Notes: a model not told the origin generated them from the letters alone. Shown: positions 47,770-57,218, numbered from the stretch's first letter. The stretch is DNA of 64,000 bases from Candidatus Saccharimonadia bacterium (GCA_038230095.1 JBBRNT010000001.1:48848-112847); one strand, 5' to 3'. Translations and numbers: made by a program.

Positions 47770-47884
47770 GGATAGATGTTATGAGAACTCTCGGGGGAGT
47801 TCGGCATAGGGCGATCACGCGCAGGAGCTGGCCCCGAGCATGTGAGACCGGAGAAGGGCTTTGCCCGCTCTTTCCCTCTCCGCC
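47770..47884 (+). repeat. ~100-bp element homologous to the insert at tRNA-Arg (6280..6399), ending in a 13-bp direct repeat of the tRNA-Ser(GGA) 3' end (47872..47884 = 47716..47728)
   Basis: Shared blocks are atgagaac, GGGG(a/t)GTTCGGC(a/g)TAGGGCG, GGAGCTGGC and CCGGAGAAG, plus a compensatory hairpin. Both elements are followed by a tRNA 3'-end copy. Confidence 0.7.
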
Positions 47885-47919
47885 AAAGCAGCGCCCCAAG
47901 CTAGTCTCGGGGCGCTGCT

Positions 47920-49026
47920 TTATTGGTTCAGCCTAAGCTCTGTTTTGCCCACTGGCTTGAGCGAATCAACCATCTTGATGAGTTCCGGAAGGAACGATGG
48001 GTTGTAGGCCATCCCGTTTACGCTATCGAATGATAAGGCGATGATGGTGTCGCTACGCACTAGATAGAAGCTGTGGTTTTGCGAGCGGGTGGCGGGGGTG
48101 CTGTAGAGCGTGTAGCCACCCGGGGTAACGACCGGGGTAGGGCAGGGAGGATAGACGCTGGGGTAGTGGTAATTTGTCCCAATGCCATCACCTAGCTCAA
48201 TGGCGAAGAAGATATGGTTAACATCGCAGTTAGTGGGTGGCTTTATGGCTGCCGCGTAGCTGTCGAGCATTTTCCCGACGGCAAAGGCTATGGACTGGCG
48301 CCGGCCCGGCCCATCGAGGTGCGCCTGCAGGCTTGGTTGGTAGCTTGACACGGAGGATAGCTTTGGATCTCTGATAGTAAAGCCGGTCGGCAGGTAGCCT
48401 GGTAAATAGGGCTGGAAATTAATGCGCCTAAGATTGTCGGCCTGTGTGGCCGTTTCTTTGATAGCTCTTTGCTGCCTGGCGCTACTTTCCAGGGTGGCAA
48501 TTACATTGCTGGCGCTACCAAGTGCAACGATTGATACAATAATGAGCAACAGGTGAGTCCTTAGGCTGGTGGTTGCGCTATGGAGTAAGGCATAGGCAAG
48601 ACCATAGGTGGCGGCATTGATAACAACTAATAGTGCTAGATAAACAATCGGCGAAGTGGCTTGGAGCCAACTGCCGGATACAGATAAGTAGAGCATGATG
48701 CTCGCGGCGCCCGACATAACAAATGCTCCCCGGTAGCGAAGCATGCGTAGCGCAAAGCCAGTAACCAAGAAGGCCCCGACAAACGATGCACCAATGAGCA
48801 GGGGGGCTACAACAAGGCCAATGGCAAGCCCAGAAAGGCCGCTAAACAGACTACCACTCTGGCGGATTGCCACGTTGGCAATGAGAATACGTAGCCCAAC
48901 GAGTATGCCTATTCCGAGCGGCGATAGGGCGAGGAGTAAGCGCCATCCAGGCTGGGGCTGTGTGGGCGGTGGATTGGTTGGCAGGCTCATGGAGATAGTA
49001 TATAGCGCGTGGATAAACATAACCAC
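47920..49026 (-). CDS. polytopic membrane protein with C-terminal extracytoplasmic domain; hypothetical
   Basis: About 7 TM helices are followed by a ~190-aa soluble domain. Confidence 0.45.
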   Translation of the reverse strand: MVMFIHALYTISMSLPTNPPPTQPQPGWRLLLALSPLGIGILVGLRILIANVAIRQSGSLFSGLSGLAIGLVVAPLLIGASFVGAFLVTGFALRMLRYRGAFVMSGAASIMLYLSVSGSWLQATSPIVYLALLVVINAATYGLAYALLHSATTSLRTHLLLIIVSIVALGSASNVIATLESSARQQRAIKETATQADNLRRINFQPYLPGYLPTGFTIRDPKLSSVSSYQPSLQAHLDGPGRRQSIAFAVGKMLDSYAAAIKPPTNCDVNHIFFAIELGDGIGTNYHYPSVYPPCPTPVVTPGGYTLYSTPATRSQNHSFYLVRSDTIIALSFDSVNGMAYNPSFLPELIKMVDSLKPVGKTELRLNQ

Positions 49027-49091
49027 AGTAGGCGTATATTGACGCGATAGAACTTCAGCTATGTAATAGAGGCATAACTGTGGAGTCGGTC

Positions 49092-49406
49092 ATGAAGGGT
49101 TTTATCGAGTTTGTGCGCAAGGCTGGGGTGATTGGTCTGGCGGTAGCATTTATCCTGGGCGCAGCTATTACCAAGATTGTGACGTCGCTCGTCGAAGACA
49201 TTATTAATCCCATAATTGGTATTATTCTTGGCAGGGTTAATCTGGCTAGCCTGTCGATAGACATTGGTGACGCACATATAAAGTATGGCTCGTTTATTGG
49301 GCATGTTATTGATTTCATGATTGTGGCAGCGGTGGTGTACTTCGGTGTCTCCGCGCTCAAGCTAGATAAGCTAGACAAAAAGGAAGAGGAAAAAGCTGCT
49401 GAATAG
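49092..49406 (+). CDS. mscL: large-conductance mechanosensitive channel
   Basis: The N-terminus MKGFIEFVRKAGVIGLAVAFILGAAITKIVTSLVEDIINPIIG matches the MscL TM1 signature. The C-terminus is charged (KLDKKEEEKAAE). Confidence 0.9.
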   Translation: MKGFIEFVRKAGVIGLAVAFILGAAITKIVTSLVEDIINPIIGIILGRVNLASLSIDIGDAHIKYGSFIGHVIDFMIVAAVVYFGVSALKLDKLDKKEEEKAAE

Positions 49407-49523
49407 TTAAATAGTATTGACAAATAGGCCATAATAGTATATTATGGCCTATTCTTTGTGTTGGTCATGTATGACGACGAAGGATGAACCTACCCGACAG
49501 ATTGAGTACCCTTGGAGGGATCA

Positions 49524-49904
49524 ATGAAGAAGAGCACGACCATCCGCACTACCATGACCGGTAAGCCGGTCACGAAGGCCAAGCGACCAATCAACGTTCG
49601 CCGTTGGCGGATGGAACACGGTTACTGCGAGCGCAGTCGCCGCGAAGGCGATCGCAGTATGCTGCACAGCATTGAGGTCGGCGTCCTGCGCCACCACTGG
49701 CTCATGGCCCGTCAGAGCATGGCCGAGTCACTGCCCGAGCTGATGGCTGCGCAGGCCGACGGTCGCCTGGTGACCCCTGGCAAGAGCCGCCGCCGTGACG
49801 TGTTCATTCAATTCGACTGCCCCTGCGGCGACATCTACACGGTGGAGATCGTCGATGGGGTGGCCCACGTGAAGCGCGTCCGCCGCAACGTGGCGATGCG
49901 CTAG
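49524..49904 (+). CDS. hypothetical basic protein with CPCG motif
   Basis: RBS ggaggg is present. The start is at MKKSTT. Confidence 0.4.
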   Translation: MKKSTTIRTTMTGKPVTKAKRPINVRRWRMEHGYCERSRREGDRSMLHSIEVGVLRHHWLMARQSMAESLPELMAAQADGRLVTPGKSRRRDVFIQFDCPCGDIYTVEIVDGVAHVKRVRRNVAMR

Positions 49905-49914
49905 CCCCGGTAGG

Positions 49915-49960
49915 TTCTAGGACCGGTATTTGCACAACATTGTGCATTGCCGGTCCTTTG
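49915..49960 (+). terminator. terminator-like nested hairpin (ggaccgg..tgcacaacattgtgca..ccggtcc + ttt)
   Basis: The inverted repeats are read directly from the sequence. Confidence 0.5.
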
Positions 49961-50281
49961 ACTTTCTACCCAAGAAAACATTGACAGAGCATAACAAGCA
50001 TAGTAAAGTGTGTTTATGCGTAGAGCATCTATATTCAAGTCAACCAATATTTCGCATATGTCGTGGGCCTATCTGGCCGGCGATACCTTTGCGTACGACT
50101 TGTCTTGTAATGCTTAACCTCACCATCTAGCTGATCCAGACAAGTCTCCGAGCACACGGAGGCTTTTTTGATTCTTTGACTTGAACCAGATGCTCCCTCG
50201 GAGGCTTTTCTGGTTTAGTGAACCTAGACCACGGCGCCAGCGACCGATTCGCTGGAGAACCCTGACAATTTGGAGGAAGTA

Positions 50282-51127
50282 ATGTCGTACGAACAAACGG
50301 CAACGGTCTACGATGCCATCTACACGAAAATGAAGGACTATCCTGCGGAAGCTCGCCGAGTGATTGAGCTCTGGGAGGTATTTGCTGGTCCTGAAACCAC
50401 ACTTCGGAGTGTTTTGGACGTTGCCTGTGGCACTGGCCTGCACCTGGAAGCCCTGCGTACTATGGGTATTGACGATCTGACGGGATTTGACCTGTCAGAA
50501 GCACAATTGGCAGTAGCCAAGTCCCGGCTGGGGAGCAAATTTCACCTGGAACTGGCCGATATGACGGATTTTGGTATGGGCCGCTACTATGACCTGGTGA
50601 CGTGTCTGTTCTCAGCGGTTGGCCACTTGCCAACGTTTTCGGCGCTCTGCCAAGCCATAGAGGCGATGGCAAGCCATCTGGAACCGGGCGGCATAGTCAT
50701 GATTGAGCCTTGGATTGACCCTGACGACTTTCGAGAGGGACATGTCGGCATTAATGTCGTGGACACACCAGAACTGAAGGTGTTGCGGATGGGTACCAGT
50801 ACCCGCGAGGGCAACTTGATTCATTTGGAGCTAAAGCACATTGTGGGCCGACCTGGGGTAGCCATGGAGGACTTTTCGGAAACGCACCAGCTGATGATGT
50901 TCAGTAAAGCAGAATTTGAAGCGGCGTTTTCGGTGGCTGGGCTATCCTGCCACTTTGACGAGCAAGGCCTTATGGGCCGTGGCCTGTATATTGGCGTAAA
51001 GGCACAAAACAAGACTATGAGCTGGGGTCAGCAGCATGTCATGGCTGAGCACCTGGCCGATGAGATTGATGGCAGGCTGCCCACTAGCCCGTCGTTTCAG
51101 CAATCCTACCAGAACTTTACAGACTAG
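50282..51127 (+). CDS. class I SAM-dependent methyltransferase, TylM1/DesVI-like aminosugar N,N-dimethyltransferase family
   Basis: It is collinear with TylM1. Shared motifs are YDAIY..KDY..EA, VLDVACGTGLHL, YDLVTCLFSAVGHL, VMIEPWIDPDDF, STREG, MFSKAEFEAAFSVAGLS and GRGLYIG. RBS ggagga is present. Confidence 0.7.
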   Translation: MSYEQTATVYDAIYTKMKDYPAEARRVIELWEVFAGPETTLRSVLDVACGTGLHLEALRTMGIDDLTGFDLSEAQLAVAKSRLGSKFHLELADMTDFGMGRYYDLVTCLFSAVGHLPTFSALCQAIEAMASHLEPGGIVMIEPWIDPDDFREGHVGINVVDTPELKVLRMGTSTREGNLIHLELKHIVGRPGVAMEDFSETHQLMMFSKAEFEAAFSVAGLSCHFDEQGLMGRGLYIGVKAQNKTMSWGQQHVMAEHLADEIDGRLPTSPSFQQSYQNFTD

Positions 51128-51136
51128 GAGACTGAA

Positions 51137-51817
51137 GTGTTTGGACACTGGATGGAGATAAAGACTCCAAAAGTACATGTGCGGATGGGACCGATCAGAC
51201 GCGAGGAAATGCCGCGGTTTGTGTCGGCGGATGTAGGCTTTGGCCTGCAAAGCTATATGGTCGGCCGCTACCTCGGACACGATCGAGCTACCACTGAGGA
51301 AGCTGAGTATGCTTGGTGGGACTCGGTGATTGCCGATAAGACCAAAGTGGTCTGGGGCATCTATGTCCAGATGGATGGCAGGTGGACAGTGATTGGCTGT
51401 ACCTCGCTAGATCTGGATGGCTTCGACCGCAACCAGGCATGCAGCGGATTTGCCATGTTTGACCGCCAGTATTGGCGCCGTGGCATTGCCAAGACAAGCC
51501 ATCTGGCCCGGACGCTCTATGCGTTTGAGGAGATGGGTATGTGGGCGATCAATAGTGGGGCTGATACGGCGAACTTCGGTTCGGTCAAAGCCCTACAATC
51601 GGTTGGCTATGTCCAGACCGGTATGCGCTACGGCGGCAAGATGGTACATGGCAAGGCGCATGACGCTATGACGCTGTTGGTAGTAAACCCTGCGCCCAAT
51701 ATGTGGAACGCCTTCTGGAACCGGCCCAAAGCCGAGATCCCGCCAGAGTTCCACGAGGCGCGGAAGGTGACGCGAGCTGCACTCCAGCAAGCCCACCAGT
51801 TCGTGACCTTCCTCTAA
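51137..51817 (+). CDS. GNAT-family N-acetyltransferase
   Basis: The acetyl-CoA binding region is FDRQYWRRGIAKT. A GTG start is inferred. Confidence 0.6.
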   Translation: MFGHWMEIKTPKVHVRMGPIRREEMPRFVSADVGFGLQSYMVGRYLGHDRATTEEAEYAWWDSVIADKTKVVWGIYVQMDGRWTVIGCTSLDLDGFDRNQACSGFAMFDRQYWRRGIAKTSHLARTLYAFEEMGMWAINSGADTANFGSVKALQSVGYVQTGMRYGGKMVHGKAHDAMTLLVVNPAPNMWNAFWNRPKAEIPPEFHEARKVTRAALQQAHQFVTFL

Positions 51818-51855
51818 TTACCTGATTACACTGCAGCGCTTGCTTGCGCCCCGCC

Positions 51856-51892
51856 CCGCGGGGATCCCTTTTTGGGATCCCCGCTTTTCTTT
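51856..51892 (+). terminator. terminator (gcggggatccc ttttt gggatccccgc + ttttctttg)
   Basis: An 11-bp perfect stem is followed by a T-run. Confidence 0.75.
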
Positions 51893-51923
51893 GTGTCCAC
51901 AGACGGCTACAATTTAGCAAAGG

Positions 51924-53777
51924 TTGGTGGAAAAACATGATTGGTCAGCTCGGCACACCGGGGGTGGCATGACGGAGTACGCATCGTCGTACGATCCGGT
52001 TAGTCGCGATGTAGATGGCATACGCCGGCAGCGCCAGGCCGCTATGGCTCAGCCTGTAGTGGCGCCTAAGAACAGTAGTGTTGCAGAAACAATAACTGCT
52101 CCGGCAGAGGTGCCACCACGGCCTAAGCACCGAGTGCTGTGGGGGCTCGGCATGGCAGTAGGGCTGGTGGTGCTAGCCAATGTAGCTGTCTGGGGACTGT
52201 ACCGCGGCCGAGCCTATCCGGGAATCCGGATAGATAAACTAGCTGTCGGGGGCCTTGACCGGGGGCGGCTCTACGCAAGACTCCAGGGTACGACTGGTAG
52301 TCAGAACCTCATTTTGAAAAATAATGATACAGACATTGCATTGGTAGACGCCGGTATTGATGCCGATATAGAGCTGACAGCGACCGCTGCTACGGAGGTA
52401 TTTGACGCGGAGCTGCCACTAGTGCGGCTGGTGCACTCGGTACTATCCCGACCGCTGGAGCTCACCTATAACGTGGATGGTGCGCGGCTGACTACCGCGC
52501 TGCAGAAAATTGCCGCAGCTGTAGAGACGCCAGGCCGTGCTACTGGTTTTACCGTGCGGTCTGGGGTGCTAGAGGTAACACCCCCACAGGCCGGCACGAA
52601 GGTAAATATTGTGGTCACTACCCAGCGAATACTGTCCGCGCTATCTGCCAAGCAACAGATTGTACCGCTCGTAATTGAGCACCAAGACTTCAGTCTGACT
52701 GGCGCGCAGCTGGCTACCGTAAAGGCTAACGCCGAGCGGCTCTTAACCCATAAGCTAAGCGTGGTAGTAGATGCCAAAACCATAGTGATGGATCGAGCAC
52801 TACTGGGCGACTGGATAAGCGTGTCTCAGACAGGGAGCGATACGACCGTGGCGTTTGACCAGGCCAGGGTGGCCAGCTATGTGGCAGGTCTGGCCGCACA
52901 TAATGACCATGCAGCCGTGGGTGCACGGGTGACTATAACGGCTGAGGGCAATGTAACCCAAGCTGGCCAGGCCGGCCGGGCCATAGACCAGCAGACGCTT
53001 ACCACCGCCATGATGGCCGCGCTGACCCAGGAAGCGCCCCAGACTGTAACAGCCAGCTGGAAGGCAGTGGCGCCGGGTACCACCTACATACGTCCACCAG
53101 TTAGCTACCATGGGCCCCTGCAGGACCGGCTGGCGCAGTTTGCGGCAGGGCATTCCGGCATATTCGGCCTAGACGTGAAGAACCTGGTGACGGGTGAGAC
53201 GGCTGCTTTCAACCAGGAGTACTCATTCACGTCGGCTAGCCTGTACAAGCTATTTGTGGCTAAGGCTATCTACCAGCGGGTAGCTGGAGGACAGCTAACG
53301 TATGGGTCGGCCTCTGGTGTGCCAGGGCGGAATGTAGACGTCTGCCTGAGTCTGATGATTACTATCTCAGACAATGGCTGTGCCGAGGCGCTGGCCGCTA
53401 AGGTGGGCTGGATGCCAGGTCTAGACGCTGAGGGCTACGCCGGTACCGATCTGACGAAGATACCGAAGCGGACAGTCGCAGCCGATGTGGCGCTGCTCCT
53501 AGAGCGACTATACAAGAACGAGCTACTTGGCCCAGATGAGACAGCTCGGTTTATAACGCTCTTAAAGGGGCAAAAGGTGAATAATCGTCTGCCGGTGGGG
53601 TTGCCAAATGGGACGGTAATAGCCCACAAAACGGGTGATCTGGGCAACTACTTGCACGACGCTGGCATAATCTGGGGCCCAACCGGCCCGTACCTAGTTG
53701 TGGCCATGAGCCAAGGGGCCCATTTCAGCGACTTTGGCGAGCTATCTAGTATGCTGTACAGCTACTTTAACCCCTGA
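51924..53777 (+). CDS. membrane-anchored protein with C-terminal class-A beta-lactamase/penicillin-binding-fold domain
   Basis: The SxxK motif is SASLYK. The SDN motif is ISDNG. The KTG motif is HKTGDL. An N-terminal TM is followed by a ~300-aa domain of unknown type. The start is uncertain (TTG 51924 or ATG 51969). Confidence 0.6.
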   Translation: MVEKHDWSARHTGGGMTEYASSYDPVSRDVDGIRRQRQAAMAQPVVAPKNSSVAETITAPAEVPPRPKHRVLWGLGMAVGLVVLANVAVWGLYRGRAYPGIRIDKLAVGGLDRGRLYARLQGTTGSQNLILKNNDTDIALVDAGIDADIELTATAATEVFDAELPLVRLVHSVLSRPLELTYNVDGARLTTALQKIAAAVETPGRATGFTVRSGVLEVTPPQAGTKVNIVVTTQRILSALSAKQQIVPLVIEHQDFSLTGAQLATVKANAERLLTHKLSVVVDAKTIVMDRALLGDWISVSQTGSDTTVAFDQARVASYVAGLAAHNDHAAVGARVTITAEGNVTQAGQAGRAIDQQTLTTAMMAALTQEAPQTVTASWKAVAPGTTYIRPPVSYHGPLQDRLAQFAAGHSGIFGLDVKNLVTGETAAFNQEYSFTSASLYKLFVAKAIYQRVAGGQLTYGSASGVPGRNVDVCLSLMITISDNGCAEALAAKVGWMPGLDAEGYAGTDLTKIPKRTVAADVALLLERLYKNELLGPDETARFITLLKGQKVNNRLPVGLPNGTVIAHKTGDLGNYLHDAGIIWGPTGPYLVVAMSQGAHFSDFGELSSMLYSYFNP

Positions 53778-53862
53778 GACTAGGGCGCCCACGAGAGTTA
53801 GTCAGGCGCCGGGACTTTCTTTTGCCTTGGGGTGGCTGGTACAATCGGGCAAAGGAGCACGT

Positions 53863-54501
53863 ATGGACCAGGAACTGTGGACCAAAGAGCATAATAAGTA
53901 TGGTGATGCGGACTGGACACATAAACCATCGCTATTTGCCACGGAGGCAATCCAGTACTTTCCCAACAGGGGACGGATACTAGACCTGGGCGCAGGGCAC
54001 GGGCAGGATAGTGCCTATTTTGTCTCCCAGGGCTATGGTGTAGTGGCTTTGGATACCTCCGATGCGGCCGTAGCCACTTTGGAGCAACTGAAACGAGAAC
54101 TGGGTACGGATCGCCTAGAGGTGGTGCAGCGCGATGTTATTGAAGGCATACCGTATTCGGATGGTTCGTTCGAAGTGGTGTTTGCCCAATTGAGCCTGCA
54201 TTACTTTGACAATGAAACAACCAAGGAGGTGTTTCTTGAGCTGGCCCGCGTACTGAAGACAGGGGGCATATTGGCATTTATGGTTAATACTACGAAAGAT
54301 CCAGAGTATGGCCAAGGGCAGAGGCTTGAGGATGACTACTACGTAATAGAGGGCAAGCTGAAGCGATTTTTTAGCCCAGATTCCGCGGCCGCTTTTGCCG
54401 ATGGGTTTGAGGCTATTGTCGCGGATGCCAAGGGTGAAACATATAAGGACCAGGCGAAAGGGGTGCATGGCCTGATCCGGTATATTGGTAAGAAAGTATG
54501 A
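53863..54501 (+). CDS. class I SAM-dependent methyltransferase
   Basis: Motif I is ILDLGAGHGQDS. RBS aaaggag is present. The start is at MDQELW. Confidence 0.7.
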   Translation: MDQELWTKEHNKYGDADWTHKPSLFATEAIQYFPNRGRILDLGAGHGQDSAYFVSQGYGVVALDTSDAAVATLEQLKRELGTDRLEVVQRDVIEGIPYSDGSFEVVFAQLSLHYFDNETTKEVFLELARVLKTGGILAFMVNTTKDPEYGQGQRLEDDYYVIEGKLKRFFSPDSAAAFADGFEAIVADAKGETYKDQAKGVHGLIRYIGKKV

Positions 54502-54953
54502 TATCCAAGGCCATTATCCCCGAGCAGTACCTAGCCGAGTTACCGGAGGAGCGGCGGCACGCTATAGCAACGGTACGCCAGACCATCCTAGACAATCTGC
54601 CGGAGGGCTACGTGGAAGAAATGGGCTATGGCATGATCACCTACGTAGTTCCGCTGAGCGTCTACCCCAGCACCTATAACCAACAGCCGTCCATGTACGC
54701 GGCGCTAGCGAGCCAGAAGAACCATATGGCGGTGTACCTGACGGCACCGTACGGCGAGCCCAAGATTCGCGAGGAGTTTCAGCGCGACTACCTGGCCACC
54801 GGGAAGAAGCTAGATATGGGAGGGTCGTGTGTGCGGTTTAAGAAGCTGGATAATCTGCCTCTTGAGGTAATCGGCAACTATATTGCACGGGTACCCATGC
54901 AGCTGTTTGTGGAGCGTACACGGGCCTTTGATGAAACCAGGAAGAAGAAATGA
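54498..54953 (+). CDS. DUF1801 (YdhG-like) domain protein
   Basis: The pattern is ...GYGMITY.V......V.LA..KNHMAVYL. The ORF is ATGA-coupled to the upstream gene. Confidence 0.5.
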   Translation: MISKAIIPEQYLAELPEERRHAIATVRQTILDNLPEGYVEEMGYGMITYVVPLSVYPSTYNQQPSMYAALASQKNHMAVYLTAPYGEPKIREEFQRDYLATGKKLDMGGSCVRFKKLDNLPLEVIGNYIARVPMQLFVERTRAFDETRKKK

Positions 54954-55591
54954 AACATGAACGCTTGCATGCGCTGACCGACGGCATATTTGCGATTGCT
55001 ATGACCCTGCTTGTGCTGGACCTGAAAATACCAGAAATGGGGACGAATGTAACGGAGGTAGCTCTGCGGACTGAGCTGTATAAGCTCTGGCCGGTACTAT
55101 TCAGCTTTGCCCTCAGCTTCGCTCTACTTTCGGGCTACTGGCGAGCCCAGAACCTGGTGATTGGTAGCTACATTAAGAACCTAGATATGAAACTGGTGAA
55201 TCTGAATATGTTATTCCTATTCTTTGTTTCCCTGGTGCCGTTTTCGACCAATCTACTCGGCCGCTTCATTGGCAATAGGGAGGGCATTATTGTCTATGGT
55301 CTGAATGTGAGCATGCTGGGGCTAACGCTACACCTAGCCAGGCGCTACGCCGACAAGGCGGAGCACATAGACACTAGTGACAATGGCTGGACGCGTCGTG
55401 ACCGGCGCAATAGCACGGTACGGGCGTACTTTCCAATTCTTACCGCCATTGCCGCCTCGGCAATTAGCGTTCGCTGGGGTACGGCTGCTTTGGTAATGCT
55501 GGTAGCAACGGCGCTATTGAACCTGACGCGGACAGGCTTTGACGGCTTGTACTGGGCGCTAGACCGGCTCGGTATTGGGACAAACGAGTGA
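54950..55591 (+). CDS. TMEM175/DUF1211-family potassium channel
   Basis: The family motif at TM1 is RLHALTDGIFAIAMTLLVLDL. Six TM helices are present. Confidence 0.75.
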   Translation: MKHERLHALTDGIFAIAMTLLVLDLKIPEMGTNVTEVALRTELYKLWPVLFSFALSFALLSGYWRAQNLVIGSYIKNLDMKLVNLNMLFLFFVSLVPFSTNLLGRFIGNREGIIVYGLNVSMLGLTLHLARRYADKAEHIDTSDNGWTRRDRRNSTVRAYFPILTAIAASAISVRWGTAALVMLVATALLNLTRTGFDGLYWALDRLGIGTNE

Positions 55592-55718
55592 CCAAGCTCC
55601 GGCTGCTAGTGAGCGCCAGGCCGACCTGAGCGGTAGCGCCTAGATAGCCGAAGGGCCCCGTTCACGCCAATCTGAGATTGGTGCAATACAGGGCCCTTGT
55701 GGGGCGGACAGCGGATGA

Positions 55719-56102
55719 TCAGGAGGCGGTGGCCTCTTGATGGGGGACAATCGCCAGATGTGTCCGAACGGGTGCCGAGGCGGCACGTTGCCGGTCGATG
55801 GTGGCACGGGTGAGGCGGGTGAGGGCGATGACGTCCACTCTCTTGCCGAAGACGCGGCGGTCCATGTACTCGATGAAGACATCGACGAGTGAGTAGTGGT
55901 AGAGAGTGCGCTGTGTCCAGTTGTCTGGACGGTCAACCAGATCGTGGTCCACGAGCATGGCCTTGAGGTGGCCAATGGCAGTCGGCAGCCACGAAGCCAC
56001 ACTGCTGTGGTGGACGCGGCGGCGACTGCGGCGGCTGACTTCCTGGGACAAACCGCCCAAGGTAAGCCAACCGGCGTTCTTGAACACTTCGGAATCGGAC
56101 AT
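55719..56102 (-). CDS. hypothetical protein (127 aa)
   Basis: The start is at MSDSEVF, which has RBS aaagg. The track ORF extends to 56180. Confidence 0.4.
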   Translation of the reverse strand: MSDSEVFKNAGWLTLGGLSQEVSRRSRRRVHHSSVASWLPTAIGHLKAMLVDHDLVDRPDNWTQRTLYHYSLVDVFIEYMDRRVFGKRVDVIALTRLTRATIDRQRAASAPVRTHLAIVPHQEATAS

Positions 56103-56232
56103 GCTTATAAGCCTTTCGGTCGGAACAACCCCCATTTTGGGAGAATGTCTTATACTAGCATACTTCTTATGTAAAGTCAATAGTACTCTCGATCTATTCG
56201 ACTATTAGCTACATTAGCATTACAGTAATGAT

Positions 56233-56577
56233 ATGAGTATTGAAGCCTATTGCCTCAGAAAGCTAGCCGCCGTGGAGGACTACCCATTTGGGCCTGATGC
56301 AGCCGTTTTTAAGGTGGGAAACAAAATTTTTGCATTGACCTCCCCACCTGGTAGTCCAACTAATATTAATCTCAAATGCGAGCCGACGCTGGCAATAGCG
56401 CTGCGGCAAAAGCATGCAGCCATAACGCCGGGTTACCACATGAATAAAGTGCACTGGAATAGCGTGGCACTGGATGGCAGCGTGCCCACAGCCGAAGTGG
56501 AGCGGATGGTGGATATGAGCTATGAGCTGGTGGTTGGTAGCCTGCCACGGCCTGCGCGAGACGCCCTGGGAAAGTAG
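56233..56577 (+). CDS. MmcQ/YjbR-family protein
   Basis: The family pattern is FGPDAAVFKVGNKIFAL...MNKVHWNSVALDGSVP. Confidence 0.6.
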   Translation: MSIEAYCLRKLAAVEDYPFGPDAAVFKVGNKIFALTSPPGSPTNINLKCEPTLAIALRQKHAAITPGYHMNKVHWNSVALDGSVPTAEVERMVDMSYELVVGSLPRPARDALGK

Positions 56578-56696
56578 TTTCTATAGCTACCTTGAAGTCC
56601 TCGGCCTGCATATGGGCACAGCGTAATGAGTGCCAAATGCGCTTGAGCTACAGGGCTATCAATCGCTAGAGTCCGCATTAAAAAAAGGGTAGAATA

Positions 56697-57218
56697 GTGG
56701 CAACTATGGCAAACACAAGCAAACATGACACAACCACCCAAGCCCGCCGTGAGCGGTATACCAGCTACCGTGCCCAAGCAGATGCCCAGCGTAATCTCGG
56801 CGAGCGACTAGCTGACGTTTTGACGGCCAAGCTAGGCTCGGTCACATTTCTTATTCTAAACGCTATCTGGTTTGCGATCTGGATGATTATTAACACTGGC
56901 ATTATTCCAGGGATCAAAGCCTTCGACCCCTTCCCATTCGGATTGCTAACTATGGTAGTGTCCCTTGAAGCAATCTTTCTTGCCATCATTGTACTGGTCT
57001 CGCAGAACCGAGCAGCGCGAGTAGCGGAAATCCGTGAAGAGACAGATCTGCAGGTGAACTCAATCGCTGAGGGTGAAATTACCAAAGTGATCCACCTTAT
57101 GACCATATTAATGAAGAAAAATGGCATTAAGATAGATGATGATCCCGAACTCGTAGAAATGCTGAAGCCTCTGAATAACGAGGACCTCGAAAAGAACTTG
57201 GAAAAACAGCTGAAATAA
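56697..57218 (+). CDS. DUF1003-family membrane protein
   Basis: The pattern is GS..FLILNAIWFAIWMIINTG...FDPFPFGLLTMVVSLEAIFLAIIVLVSQNR. Confidence 0.65.
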   Translation: MATMANTSKHDTTTQARRERYTSYRAQADAQRNLGERLADVLTAKLGSVTFLILNAIWFAIWMIINTGIIPGIKAFDPFPFGLLTMVVSLEAIFLAIIVLVSQNRAARVAEIREETDLQVNSIAEGEITKVIHLMTILMKKNGIKIDDDPELVEMLKPLNNEDLEKNLEKQLK

